A DNA stretch of 55,166 nucleotides from a virus (lineage: Duplodnaviria > Caudoviricetes), in IMG/VR virus record IMGVR_UViG_3300032954_000016, positions 1 to 55,166 of that record. One strand, written 5' to 3'. Below the pieces are notes generated by a model that was not told the origin of the DNA, made no database searches, and worked only from the letters and a program-made list of their open reading frames with translations. Positions within the stretch are counted from its first letter, which is position 1; each line of letters opens with the position of its first letter. Both the position numbers and the translations under genes were made by a program. Positions 1 through 8,886 of the stretch are shown piece after piece.

Positions 1-126
1 TCCCACGCAGCATCCAGCGCAGCAGCCCGCGCAGCAGCCCGCGCAGCAGCCCGCGCAGCAGCCCGCGCAGCATCCCACGCAGCATCCAGCGCAGCAGCCC
101 GCGCAGCAGCCCGCGCAGCATCCCGC
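1..126. repeat. 12-bp-unit coding tandem repeat (GCAGCAGCCCGC/GCAGCATCCCAC/GCAGCATCCAGC); left half of circular junction
   Basis: Units visible directly; encode AARA/AWDA/ALDA on minus strand; 1-55 identical to 55112-55166. Confidence 0.95.
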
Positions 127-512
127 AACGATTCATCGCCTGTTTCCAGATACTTTTTAACCACATCTGGCGCTTTCCAAAGGTGGATGACTTGAAGCGC
201 ATTCCACCGTGCAAAATCACCCAGCAGCTTTTCAGCATTTATGCTTGCGATGATTCGCCGGTTGCTGCCGCACCACTTGTCCACGGTCTCTCCTTCATCG
301 CAATGCGACGCCATCCGGCCTGCCAGCTCGACTTTGTGCAGCATGTGTCCAGGCGCATATTTGAGCGCGTCGAACGGGTGTTCGCTCATATGAAGGCCGG
401 AGGAGCACGGCACAATGTCGCCTTTGTAAATGAGCCATTGGCCGATTGTCGGAATCGGTTCGCCGTTGCGAAGTTTGTCCCCGGTAAAGTGGTATCCTTT
501 TAGTGTTTTCAT
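1..512 (-). CDS. Phage hypothetical protein (DUF7666-like N-terminus) with Ala-rich AARA/AAWD repeats; 5' part, continues at 55166..54982
   Basis: Manual translation MKTLKGYHFTGDKLRNG...CSSGLHMSEHPFDALKYAPG...ETGDESLRDAARAAA; ATG overlaps the upstream stop (ATGA at 509-512); absent from ORF track because it crosses the edge. Confidence 0.85.
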   Translation of the reverse strand, partial: MKTLKGYHFTGDKLRNGEPIPTIGQWLIYKGDIVPCSSGLHMSEHPFDALKYAPGHMLHKVELAGRMASHCDEGETVDKWCGSNRRIIASINAEKLLGDFARWNALQVIHLWKAPDVVKKYLETGDESLRDAARAAARAAALDAAWDAARAAARAAARAAARAAALDAAW

Positions 513-1162
513 CGTCCAGCCTCCGGCTCGACCTTGAACTTGATGTCCAGCGGCAGCCCCGGCTGCTCGCCCTTGTAGCCGGCCTGTGCCGCGCCGTAGA
601 GCATGGACGAGAACACGGCCGTGAAGGTCGCGTCGCTCATCGCCGCGTGCTTGGCCGCCTCGAACTCGCGCTTGGTGTGCCACGCCGCCTCGAGCGCCAC
701 GACCGTCAGCACGCGGTTGCGCGCCACGAACTCGCGGCAGGCCTTGAACATCGCCGAGTCGTGCGGCGCGGCGGTATCGTGCGGCGCCGGGCCGCGGCTC
801 GGTTGAGTCAGCGGTTGCGCCGGCGGTTTCGGTTGCGCGGCAGGTTGGTCCGCTGGCGCCGGCTGCCGCGGCGGCGGCTGCGCGACCTGCGAGCCGGGCT
901 GGCCCAACAGCAAAATGGTCGCGTCGTCGCGGCTGCCCTCGGCCTGGATGCAGATGGTGGTGCCGGCGCGCCCCTTGAAGAAGTCGGCGCACCGCTGGTT
1001 CTCGACGTTGTATCCCCAGTCCTCGCCCTTGATCGCCAGCCCCACGTAGTCGGGCTTGGGCGCATCGGGCTTGCTGAACTTGGATTTCTTCGCCTCGTGC
1101 TTGACGGTGACGGTGACCGGGCCGAGGTCCCGAAGGGCCGCGTGCCAGAGTGTCTTTGCCAT
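509..1162 (-). CDS. Hypothetical protein with Pro/Gln linker (possible ssDNA-binding-like architecture)
   Basis: ATG 1162 (MAKTLWH) preceded by GAAAGG RBS and a sigma70 promoter. Confidence 0.7.
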   Translation of the reverse strand: MAKTLWHAALRDLGPVTVTVKHEAKKSKFSKPDAPKPDYVGLAIKGEDWGYNVENQRCADFFKGRAGTTICIQAEGSRDDATILLLGQPGSQVAQPPPRQPAPADQPAAQPKPPAQPLTQPSRGPAPHDTAAPHDSAMFKACREFVARNRVLTVVALEAAWHTKREFEAAKHAAMSDATFTAVFSSMLYGAAQAGYKGEQPGLPLDIKFKVEPEAGR

Positions 1163-1253
1163 GTGAGATGCCTTTCTGTTGTCGGTTTTCCGCGCCCCGG
1201 CCGCCGCCGCTTCTTGTCCCCGCGGCGCCCGGCTCCCGGGCAGTTCGGCGCGC

Positions 1254-1282
1254 ATTGTAGCCAAAAGACCGGACCGGGTCAA
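1254..1282 (-). promoter_or_regulatory. sigma70-type promoter TTGACC-17-TACAAT
   Basis: Near-consensus hexamers, 17-bp spacer, upstream A-tract. Confidence 0.85.
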
Positions 1283-1292
1283 GCGTTATTTT

Positions 1293-2345
1293 TCAGGCCG
1301 CGGTCGGGAAGAACCCGAGGACGCCGTAGGCGCCGACGTTGGCCGCCACGTCGGCCGGCGAGAAGCTCGCCGTCCTCGGGTACGAGAGCGGCCGGGCGTA
1401 GCCCGGCGCATAGGAGACGGCGCCCATGGCGACCGACGCCGGGTTGTACGGCTGGGCGTAGAGCGTGCGGTAGTCGGGCGACGAGACGCCGAACTCGCCG
1501 AGGCCGTTGAGCACCCAGGTGCTCTTGCCGCAGGCGACCCCGTAGGCGGAGATCCCGTTCGCCGCCGGGGCCAAGTACCGGCGCGGGTATCCGGCGATGG
1601 AGGGGACGCACGGCTGCCCGCTGTTCGGGTAGCCGACGAGCTGCCAGCTCGCCGGGACGCCGACGAACGCCGCGGACACCGGCCAGAAGGGCGTCCAGGG
1701 CAGGAAGCCGCCGACCGTCAGGGAGCACACGACGGACACGTAGCCGGGCGCCGCCTGCGCCGCGCCGTAGACCGTGCAGTGGCTGGCCGGCGCCGACCCG
1801 GCGGGCACCGGGAACGCCGCCAGGAGCGCGGCCGCCTGCGAGACGAGCGAGGCCCACACGGCCGACGCGGTGCCGTCGAGCAGCCCCGAGAGCATGGCGG
1901 TGAAGACGCCCGGGTTCCCCGCGTAGGTGTAGCTGACGGTCATCACCGTGTTGCCGAGCGTGAACACCGGCGACCCCGCCGTCGCGCCGGCCGGGTAGTT
2001 GGCCGGGCTGCTGTCGGTGACGACCCGCGGGACATCCACGTAGTTCTGGCACGCGACGGTCTCGCTGCCAGGGTTGCCATCGGTGCCGTAGGTCCACGCG
2101 CAGGCGAGCGACTGATAGACCTTCGGCCAGGTGCCCTGGTAGGAGAGGTTGTCGGTCGGGGCCGACCCGCCCATGGTCGAGCCCGCCGCGAACGGGCCGA
2201 ACCCAACGATCGGGACATAGGCCTCGATGGCCTCGACGGTGGACCAGTTCGGCGTCGGCGGCTTGGAATACCGCCGCCGGGCGCCCCCGGACGACCGGGC
2301 GAACGCGCCCGCCGGCGATCGCTGGAATGACCCGCTCCAGCTCAC
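1293..2345 (-). CDS. Putative tail-associated structural protein
   Basis: GTG start overlapping upstream stop (GTGA); G/A/S/T/Y-rich; last gene of tail block. Confidence 0.6.
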   Translation of the reverse strand: MSWSGSFQRSPAGAFARSSGGARRRYSKPPTPNWSTVEAIEAYVPIVGFGPFAAGSTMGGSAPTDNLSYQGTWPKVYQSLACAWTYGTDGNPGSETVACQNYVDVPRVVTDSSPANYPAGATAGSPVFTLGNTVMTVSYTYAGNPGVFTAMLSGLLDGTASAVWASLVSQAAALLAAFPVPAGSAPASHCTVYGAAQAAPGYVSVVCSLTVGGFLPWTPFWPVSAAFVGVPASWQLVGYPNSGQPCVPSIAGYPRRYLAPAANGISAYGVACGKSTWVLNGLGEFGVSSPDYRTLYAQPYNPASVAMGAVSYAPGYARPLSYPRTASFSPADVAANVGAYGVLGFFPTAA

Positions 2346-5302
2346 GACGACGTCGCCGCCCACTCGCGGCCCTCGCCGGTCTCCATCATGGTCACCCCGG
2401 TCATGGTCAGGTCGAACATGGCGCCGGTGCCGCCGTTGCTGCTGACCGGGTTGGCGGCCAGCGGGCTCGGCGGCGACGAGTAGCTGCCGGCGTTGACGAC
2501 CTGCGCGGTGAGTATCTTGCCCGAGCCGTCCACGGTCAGGACCTTGATGTTGGCGTTGTTGCCGCCGATCGCCGTCCCGCCCGTCGGCACCACTATCTGG
2601 TTTTGTGAGTAGCCCGAGCCGCCGGCGCCGGCATGCACCGCCGCGGCGGCCAGGGACGACGGCGGAAGGTTGGTCAGCCCCGTCGGGACCGGGACCGCGT
2701 ATATCAGATCGTTGGCCAGGTAGTCGGGGGTCGCGAGCTGGGTCTCCGAGACCGTGCCGTCCGAGGAGAGCGCGCTGCGGGTGTAGAACGGCTGGCCGAC
2801 GTTGGCGACGACCAGCGGCGAGTAGGTGTAGTTCATCGTCTTGGCCCCGAGCGAGGTCTGCACGTTCAATTCCTGAGCGATGGAGCAGCGTATCTTCGCC
2901 GGCTTCCAGATGTAGACCAGCGTCGTCCCGAGGGTCGTGCCGTCCCATGACTTGGCGCTGACGTAGTCACCGAAGTCGGCGATGAACTTGAACTGCTGCG
3001 GCGCGCTCCCGGACCCGCCCCCGGCCGGCACGCCGGTGGCCACCACGTAGATGACCTTGCCGTTGGCGTCGGCCGTCCTCTGGAACTTGCACACGAGCTG
3101 CGCCGGGTCGGCCACCGAGAGGTCTATCTGCGAGAGGTCCAGCAGCAGCGAGGGCTGCGTCGTTCTCGGCGCCGGCGTCCCGTCGGCGGCCTTGCTCGTC
3201 CCGTCCCACTTGAACAGCGCGATGCCGCTGGACCGGGCGTCGGTCTGGACGACCGTGTAGAAGCCGTTGGCGTCGGCGGTGTTCGAGACGTGGCTGGTCA
3301 GCAGCTTGCCGGCCGCGCCGGGGTGCGCGTTCTCGACCGCCGTGTCGCCGCCCGAGGCGGTGGAGGCCCCGGCCGAGGCCCCGGTGATGCGCTCCCACGG
3401 GTCGATGCGGATGAGGTCGCGGTTGGCGAACAGGTTGAAGAGCTGGACGTACTGCGCCGGCTCCAGCGTCTCGACCGGGCCGCACCGCAGCGCCAGGTCG
3501 GCGAACACGTTGCCGGACGCGTCGGCCATCAGGGTGTACCGCGAGTCCTGGAGCACCGCGCCCATCGACGCCCACTCGGCCGCGCCGCCGGACAGGTTGA
3601 TGGAGTTGAGGCCGGGCTTGAGGAACGCGCCGGAGAACGGGACCTCCAGCAGCTTGTGCGAGAGGGTGTACTGGAGGTTCTGCAGCGCCGTCCAAAGGTA
3701 CTGGGCCAGGCCGGACGGGATCGCCTCGCCGGTCGTCAGGAACTGCGTGAACGCCTCCGTGACCGACGCGGTGTTGACCAGCTTGACCCGCACCGTCTGC
3801 GGGTGCGCCTTGGTCTGGTCGAGCAGCTCGCCGTTCGACCCGACGCCCTGGTAGGCGAAGTACGTCGAGACGCTGGCCACCGCCGAGGCGATGCCCGAGA
3901 ACCAGAACTCGACCGAGCCGCTGGCCAGCTCCCATCTGTACGTCCCGGCCCAGTCGAGCGCGTTGCCGTTGTCGTCGAGGACCCGCAGGCCGGAGGTGCC
4001 GGGCGTCTTGCCGTCCGCCGACACCATCGCCAGGGCGGTGACGCCCGGGTCGGCCAGGCCGCGGCACTTGCGGAGCCACCAGGCCATGCCGGCCGGCGAG
4101 TTGGTCGGGTCGAACGCGACGCTGCGGATGGACGCGAGCTGCTGCGAGATGCGCGGCCCCTGGAGGTCCAGGCTGTAGTCCATCGCCCGCAGGCCGTCCG
4201 GCGCGTTGGCCGGCCAGACGTCCTTCGGGAAGGCCAGCACGTAGCCGTTGACCAGGTATCGGTAGAAGATGCCCACCCGGGACGGCACCAGCTCCGGCCG
4301 CGGCTTGATGTCGGTCGCCTTGTGCTCGCGGCCGCCGGCCGTCGAGCGGTACGGCAGCGTCGCGGGGACCAGCGACTTGGGCCCGGCTTGCCAGGTCCGC
4401 ACGTGGAAGGTCGGCGGCGTGGTCGTGTAGTCGACCTCGGTCGTGCAGTCGGGGTGGAAGGCCAGGCACTTGCGGAGCGCCTCGGCGCACTTGGCGGCGC
4501 GCATCGGGTACCACGGCACCTTGACGGCGCAGTTGGCCGCCAGCTCGGCCGCGTCGTACTGGACCGCCACGCCGTTGGCCGCCGCGAAGTCGAGCACCTC
4601 CTTTATCTGGTCGCCGGTCGTGATGTAGAACTGGGTGACTTGGCCCGCGCTCTGGTACGGGTCGGTCGGCCGGTACTGGAACAGCACCACGTCCGGGTAG
4701 TTGTACAGCAGCGTCGCGTAGGCCACCGTCCCGGAGAACGAGCCGGACACGACCGCGTGGCTGGCGTCGGTCCAGCTCACGATGTTGACCACGGTGCCGG
4801 GCGTCGCCGGGGCGCCGCCGGACGCCGCGTAGAGCAGCATCTGCGTCGCCTGCGCCGACTGGCCGAGCTGCGGGCTGGCGAAGGCCACCGTCGTCCCGTC
4901 GAACGTGGCGGCCTGGTACGCGCCGCCGAACCACGCCTGCTTGAAGGTCATGTGCGCCAGGTCGTACCACAGGTCCTGGACGCAGTAGTCCACGAACGGC
5001 CCGGCCGCGGCCGCGGTCCCGGGGCGGTTGACGCGGCGCCCCTGGAAGATGGGCGAGCCGTTGAGCAGGAGTTGGACCGGCGACTCGAACGGGATGACCG
5101 CCGCGGTGTCCGGCGCGACCGCCGGCAGCCGCACCGTCAGCTCGCTCGCGGCGTGGCTCCTGAAGTCCAGCGTCGGCGTGCCGGTCACCAGGTCCGCCGA
5201 CCCGCCCTCGGACGCGCCGAGCGCCTCCAGCGCGACGGTGGTCCACGCGGAGCTGCCCGGGTAGCCGGCCTGGTACTTGAGGGTGAGCCCGGTCGCGGTC
5301 AT
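2342..5302 (-). CDS. Large tail tip/baseplate hub-like protein (986 aa)
   Basis: Long ORF immediately after tape measure-like gene; beta-rich; C-terminal GGSGYS...VDGSGKILTAQVVNAGSY fibre-type motif. Confidence 0.7.
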   Translation of the reverse strand: MTATGLTLKYQAGYPGSSAWTTVALEALGASEGGSADLVTGTPTLDFRSHAASELTVRLPAVAPDTAAVIPFESPVQLLLNGSPIFQGRRVNRPGTAAAAGPFVDYCVQDLWYDLAHMTFKQAWFGGAYQAATFDGTTVAFASPQLGQSAQATQMLLYAASGGAPATPGTVVNIVSWTDASHAVVSGSFSGTVAYATLLYNYPDVVLFQYRPTDPYQSAGQVTQFYITTGDQIKEVLDFAAANGVAVQYDAAELAANCAVKVPWYPMRAAKCAEALRKCLAFHPDCTTEVDYTTTPPTFHVRTWQAGPKSLVPATLPYRSTAGGREHKATDIKPRPELVPSRVGIFYRYLVNGYVLAFPKDVWPANAPDGLRAMDYSLDLQGPRISQQLASIRSVAFDPTNSPAGMAWWLRKCRGLADPGVTALAMVSADGKTPGTSGLRVLDDNGNALDWAGTYRWELASGSVEFWFSGIASAVASVSTYFAYQGVGSNGELLDQTKAHPQTVRVKLVNTASVTEAFTQFLTTGEAIPSGLAQYLWTALQNLQYTLSHKLLEVPFSGAFLKPGLNSINLSGGAAEWASMGAVLQDSRYTLMADASGNVFADLALRCGPVETLEPAQYVQLFNLFANRDLIRIDPWERITGASAGASTASGGDTAVENAHPGAAGKLLTSHVSNTADANGFYTVVQTDARSSGIALFKWDGTSKAADGTPAPRTTQPSLLLDLSQIDLSVADPAQLVCKFQRTADANGKVIYVVATGVPAGGGSGSAPQQFKFIADFGDYVSAKSWDGTTLGTTLVYIWKPAKIRCSIAQELNVQTSLGAKTMNYTYSPLVVANVGQPFYTRSALSSDGTVSETQLATPDYLANDLIYAVPVPTGLTNLPPSSLAAAAVHAGAGGSGYSQNQIVVPTGGTAIGGNNANIKVLTVDGSGKILTAQVVNAGSYSSPPSPLAANPVSSNGGTGAMFDLTMTGVTMMETGEGREWAATSS

Positions 5303-6456
5303 CGGGAGCCGGTGGTCAGCGCGGCGAGCTGCGCCGTCAGGGTGGCGGCCTCCTGCTGCCTCGCCTGCGCCGAGGTCGTCAGCAGGTGCAGCGCCTTGAG
5401 AATCTCGTCGTTGCTCGCGCCGTGGTCGCGGGCGAAGTCCATGAAGGCGCGCAGCAGGTCCTTCTGTGAGTCGGTCATCTTCTTGCCGTGCTCGATCGCC
5501 GACTCGGCCGCGGCCACGCCCTCGACCACCGCGCCGGGCGTTCCCGCCTTGGCCAGCGCCGCGGCGTGCTCGGCCTTGGCCTGTATGGCGAGCGTGTTCG
5601 TCAGCGTGCGCGACTGCTGCTCCAGCTCGCCTAGGTACTTCTTGAGGTCCTCAAGCGTCTTCGCCGTCTCAGCGAACTGCTTGTTCTCGGCGGCGCGGTC
5701 GCGCCCGAACGCCTGGCCGGTCTGCCAGTCGGCACCGGCCCCGGCGCCGCCGTGGCGCATCTTCTCCTCCAGCGCGGCCTGCTGCTCCAGCAGCGGCTTC
5801 ATCTGCGCCGATACTGTGGCCATCGTGTTGTTTATCAGCGCGAGCTTCGCGGCCTGGTCGCCGGCCTCGGACTCGCCGCCCTTGATGCCCATCGCCTCGC
5901 GCAGCTCCTTGCGGGCCTTGATTTGGGCGTCGAGTATCGCCAGCGACTCGGTCAGTGCCTTCTTATCCCGCTCGACCGCGCTGGCGGCCTGATCCATGGC
6001 GGCCTTGAACTTCGAGATTTCGTCGACCGCGTCGTGGGTCGACTTGCGCACCTTGTCCATCGACTCCTCGTTCGCCTTGGCGGCCGCCTCGACGCCCTCC
6101 TTGTAGTACTTCCACCACGTCACCGCGGCCTGGATGGACAGCGCGACGATGGCGATGGGCCCCATCGCGGTCACCACACCGCGGAAAGCCAGGCCGAGGC
6201 CCGGCAGGATGTGGTTGAGCTGCTCGGCGACGATGCGCATCTCCCGGCTCTTGCCGGTGAACACGCCGGCCGAGTCGGACGTCTCACTGAGGATGCCCTT
6301 GTACTTTTTCCACAGCTCGGAGCCCTCGGGCAGGCTCTGGCTGAGGTCCCCGGTCTGCTCTTTCAGGCCGGCGAGATCCTTCGCGGCGGCCGCCGCCTCC
6401 TCCTTCCCAAGGTACTTGGTCAGGATTTCGATTATCAGTTGGTTGTCGCCGGCCAT
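5299..6456 (-). CDS. Short tape measure-like protein (385 aa)
   Basis: N-terminus MAGDNQLIIEILTK; Ala/Glu/Lys helical with central hydrophobic stretch; upstream of tail tip gene. Confidence 0.65.
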   Translation of the reverse strand: MAGDNQLIIEILTKYLGKEEAAAAAKDLAGLKEQTGDLSQSLPEGSELWKKYKGILSETSDSAGVFTGKSREMRIVAEQLNHILPGLGLAFRGVVTAMGPIAIVALSIQAAVTWWKYYKEGVEAAAKANEESMDKVRKSTHDAVDEISKFKAAMDQAASAVERDKKALTESLAILDAQIKARKELREAMGIKGGESEAGDQAAKLALINNTMATVSAQMKPLLEQQAALEEKMRHGGAGAGADWQTGQAFGRDRAAENKQFAETAKTLEDLKKYLGELEQQSRTLTNTLAIQAKAEHAAALAKAGTPGAVVEGVAAAESAIEHGKKMTDSQKDLLRAFMDFARDHGASNDEILKALHLLTTSAQARQQEAATLTAQLAALTTGSR

Positions 6457-6459
6457 ATA

Positions 6460-6657
6460 TCAGTCCTCGCTGTCCGCCGCCGTGGCCGCGGCCGGCACCT
6501 GCTCGGCCGCCCGATCGACGATGAACTCGAACGCGTGCCGGTCACTCATGCCGGGCACCGCCGGCGCCGCCGTATTCGCCAGGAACCGGACCCGCTCGTT
6601 GCCCCTGGTCTCGTACACCTCGCAGTGGAGGTACACCGCCTTGGGCTTCTCGCTCAC
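6460..6657 (-). CDS. Small hypothetical protein
   Basis: GTG start coupled to upstream stop (MSEKPKAVYLHCEVY). Confidence 0.5.
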   Translation of the reverse strand: MSEKPKAVYLHCEVYETRGNERVRFLANTAAPAVPGMSDRHAFEFIVDRAAEQVPAAATAADSED

Positions 6658-7301
6658 GTCATGCTCCCGGCCTCGACGAGGCACATGGTCCGGTCCAGCT
6701 CGCGGCCGCGCCAGCAGCCGGAGTGGCCGTACGCCCGCCAGAACGCGTCGTCGTGCGACGAGACCGCGCCCGAGTCGAGCAGCGGCTTGCGCACGCGCAG
6801 CGGTCCGTAGAGCCCGAGCGGCTCGGACCGGACGCCGAACAGGCGCCGCCCGAGCAGCGTGTCCTCGACCCTCATCGCCAGGTCCCGGCCGGCCGCGTAG
6901 CAGACGACCCTGCCGACCCGGCCTGAGTCGACCGCCTGGTTGAGCCCGTTGCGCTCGAAGTCGGCGTCGACCGCGCCGCAAAGCAGGTGCAGCTCGGCCA
7001 CCGGTGGCCAGCCGGCGGCCCGCATCCCCTCGACGGCGATGCGCGTGCCGTTGCTGTGCGCGGCCACGACCACGCGCCACCGGGCGTCGGCGTAGGCCTT
7101 GAGCATGCGGCCGAACTGCCGGGCCAGCCGCCGGTGCAGGAAGTGCGCCAGCAGCGGCCCGGCGAAGTACTCCAGCGACTGCGCCGCGTGCGGCGTGTGC
7201 TGGTGGACGTGGAAGGCCCCGCGGTTGGTCCAGTCGCGCCAGTCGCTCGGCAGCGTGTTGATGCCGTGCTCCAGCAGGAAGACGGTGCGCTTGCGGTCCA
7301 T
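6654..7301 (-). CDS. Alpha/beta hydrolase (lipase/esterase-like)
   Basis: LEHGINT oxyanion-hole motif, AHSNG nucleophile elbow, C-terminal GHSG. Confidence 0.8.
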   Translation of the reverse strand: MDRKRTVFLLEHGINTLPSDWRDWTNRGAFHVHQHTPHAAQSLEYFAGPLLAHFLHRRLARQFGRMLKAYADARWRVVVAAHSNGTRIAVEGMRAAGWPPVAELHLLCGAVDADFERNGLNQAVDSGRVGRVVCYAAGRDLAMRVEDTLLGRRLFGVRSEPLGLYGPLRVRKPLLDSGAVSSHDDAFWRAYGHSGCWRGRELDRTMCLVEAGSMT

Positions 7302-7302
7302 G

Positions 7303-7962
7303 TCAGAAGTGCAGCGCGCCGAGCGGCCCGAAGCACACCTCGTCGTAGTTGTCGCTGCCGTACACGACGTGCTCGTAGTCGCCGGCGGCGCCGGCGTCCA
7401 GGATGAATCCGTGGTTGAACAGCTTGAAGCTCCACGAGTGGAAGATGATGTAGCCTCCCACGCCGGCGCTGCCGTAGAGCTGGTCCTTGCCGATGCCGGT
7501 GGTCGCGATGACCGCGGGCGTGATGGACACGCCGTGCCAGACGATCGTCGCCTGGAGCTGCGCCGTGACGCCGGCCGTGACCGAGCGGCCGTCGAGGTAG
7601 TTGACCCGGGCGCCGATCCACAGGTTGAGCCCGTTGGTGTTCTTGGTGGCCTCGTAGAACACGGCCGCGCCGTAGCCCCACGTCTTGTTGTCGGTGCGGA
7701 AGATGCCGTACGGGACCACGGCCCAGTCGGTCGCCGCGGTTATCCCGGGCAGGTTCAGCCCGGCGAGGTTCGTGTCCGTGACCGTCGGCGGCGCGACGTC
7801 GTTGGCCGCCAGCAGCGGCCCCTCGTGCGCGGCCGGCAGCGTCAGGTCGCCGGACGGGATGTCGTTGCCGATTTTGAGTTGGTCGAGGCTCGACGCCCGG
7901 GCGGCGAGCGGAGCCGCGGCCGCCAGGGCGGCCAGCAGCAGGGTTGCGAGTGTTTTTTTCAT
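7303..7962 (-). CDS. Outer-membrane beta-barrel-like protein with Sec signal peptide
   Basis: MKKTLATLLLAALAAAAPLAARA signal; alternating amphipathic strands with aromatics; ends GALHF (C-terminal Phe). Confidence 0.7.
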   Translation of the reverse strand: MKKTLATLLLAALAAAAPLAARASSLDQLKIGNDIPSGDLTLPAAHEGPLLAANDVAPPTVTDTNLAGLNLPGITAATDWAVVPYGIFRTDNKTWGYGAAVFYEATKNTNGLNLWIGARVNYLDGRSVTAGVTAQLQATIVWHGVSITPAVIATTGIGKDQLYGSAGVGGYIIFHSWSFKLFNHGFILDAGAAGDYEHVVYGSDNYDEVCFGPLGALHF

Positions 7963-8237
7963 TGTGTTCCTTTGGTTGGTGTTGTCGGTTGTGCCGCCGT
8001 CGGGGGCGGCGTTGAGGGTGGAAGCGTAGCCGGGCCAGGCGCCGGCGTCAACGCCGAAGCCGGGGTCCAGAGGAAGTTGCGGACACCGCGCAGCAGGCCG
8101 CCGTTGGCCTTGGCCCATGGGGCGGCCTTGAGGACCATGTGCCAGGCGGCCGCGCCGAGAGGCGCCAGCGCCAAGTGCCAGAGGTTGAACTGCGCCGCGA
8201 CCGCGTCGGGCGTCAGGATGGGTGCCGAGTTTGTCAT
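7959..8237 (-). CDS. Small membrane protein (holin candidate)
   Basis: Hydrophobic LWHLALAPLGAAAWHMVL, Pro/Thr tail; ATGA-coupled on both sides. Confidence 0.55.
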   Translation of the reverse strand: MTNSAPILTPDAVAAQFNLWHLALAPLGAAAWHMVLKAAPWAKANGGLLRGVRNFLWTPASALTPAPGPATLPPSTPPPTAAQPTTPTKGTQ

Positions 8238-8515
8238 CGCTTGTCTCCTTTCTGCCTGCCGGCCTCGATGCCGGCGTTGTAGATGTTGGTCTTCTCCAGG
8301 GCGTCCACGCGCCCGTCCGTGAAAGTGAGGTGCTCGTCGACGGCCTTGATCTTCCGCCAGAGGGCCGAGCGGTCGCCGCTGCCCTGCCAGTGGCTGCCGA
8401 TGAGGCCGACTATGGCCAGTGCCACGGCGGCCCAGCTCGCCTTCCGCTCGTGGCGCCCGGCGCTCCTGCGCGCCTTGCCGGCGGCCTCGCGGATGAGGTG
8501 TATCGTGTCGCCCAT
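8234..8515 (-). CDS. Single-TM membrane protein
   Basis: WAAVALAIVGLIG followed by coiled coil; GAGGA RBS. Confidence 0.6.
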   Translation of the reverse strand: MGDTIHLIREAAGKARRSAGRHERKASWAAVALAIVGLIGSHWQGSGDRSALWRKIKAVDEHLTFTDGRVDALEKTNIYNAGIEAGRQKGDKR

Positions 8516-8517
8516 GG

Positions 8518-8886
8518 TCACTTCCTCGGGTCGGTCCGGCCGCGGTCGCCGTCCTGCCGCTGCGCCTCCCACAGGGCGAAGGCGTGGGTGTTCTGCTCTA
8601 TCACCGTGCGCACGTCCTGGAGCAGCTCGGTCATCGCCTTGTCCACGTGCGCCCGGTCGTCGGACATCTGCTGCTGGAGCGCCATGTGCTCGTCGCCGAG
8701 TTGGCGCTGGACACCCGCGTCGGCCTCGCGCCGCTCTGCGACCTCCATCGCCAGGCTCTTGTCGGTGTTCTGGATTTGGGTGTCGTGCCGGCTGACCATC
8801 ATGACGATGGTCGCCTCGGCCGCGGCGAACCCGAGCAGGGCGCCGATGATGAGGACGAGCGCGTTGATGACGAACTGGTTCTTCAT
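8518..8886 (-). CDS. Membrane-anchored coiled-coil protein (holin/spanin-like candidate)
   Basis: MKNQFVINALVLIIGALLGFAAA TM then helical domain; ATGA-coupled. Confidence 0.6.
   Translation of the reverse strand: MKNQFVINALVLIIGALLGFAAAEATIVMMVSRHDTQIQNTDKSLAMEVAERREADAGVQRQLGDEHMALQQQMSDDRAHVDKAMTELLQDVRTVIEQNTHAFALWEAQRQDGDRGRTDPRK

Noticed and set aside
1-126. Terminal repeats as biological phage DTRs or CRISPR
   Set aside because: In-frame coding minisatellite; the 55-nt identity is consistent with assembler k-mer overlap
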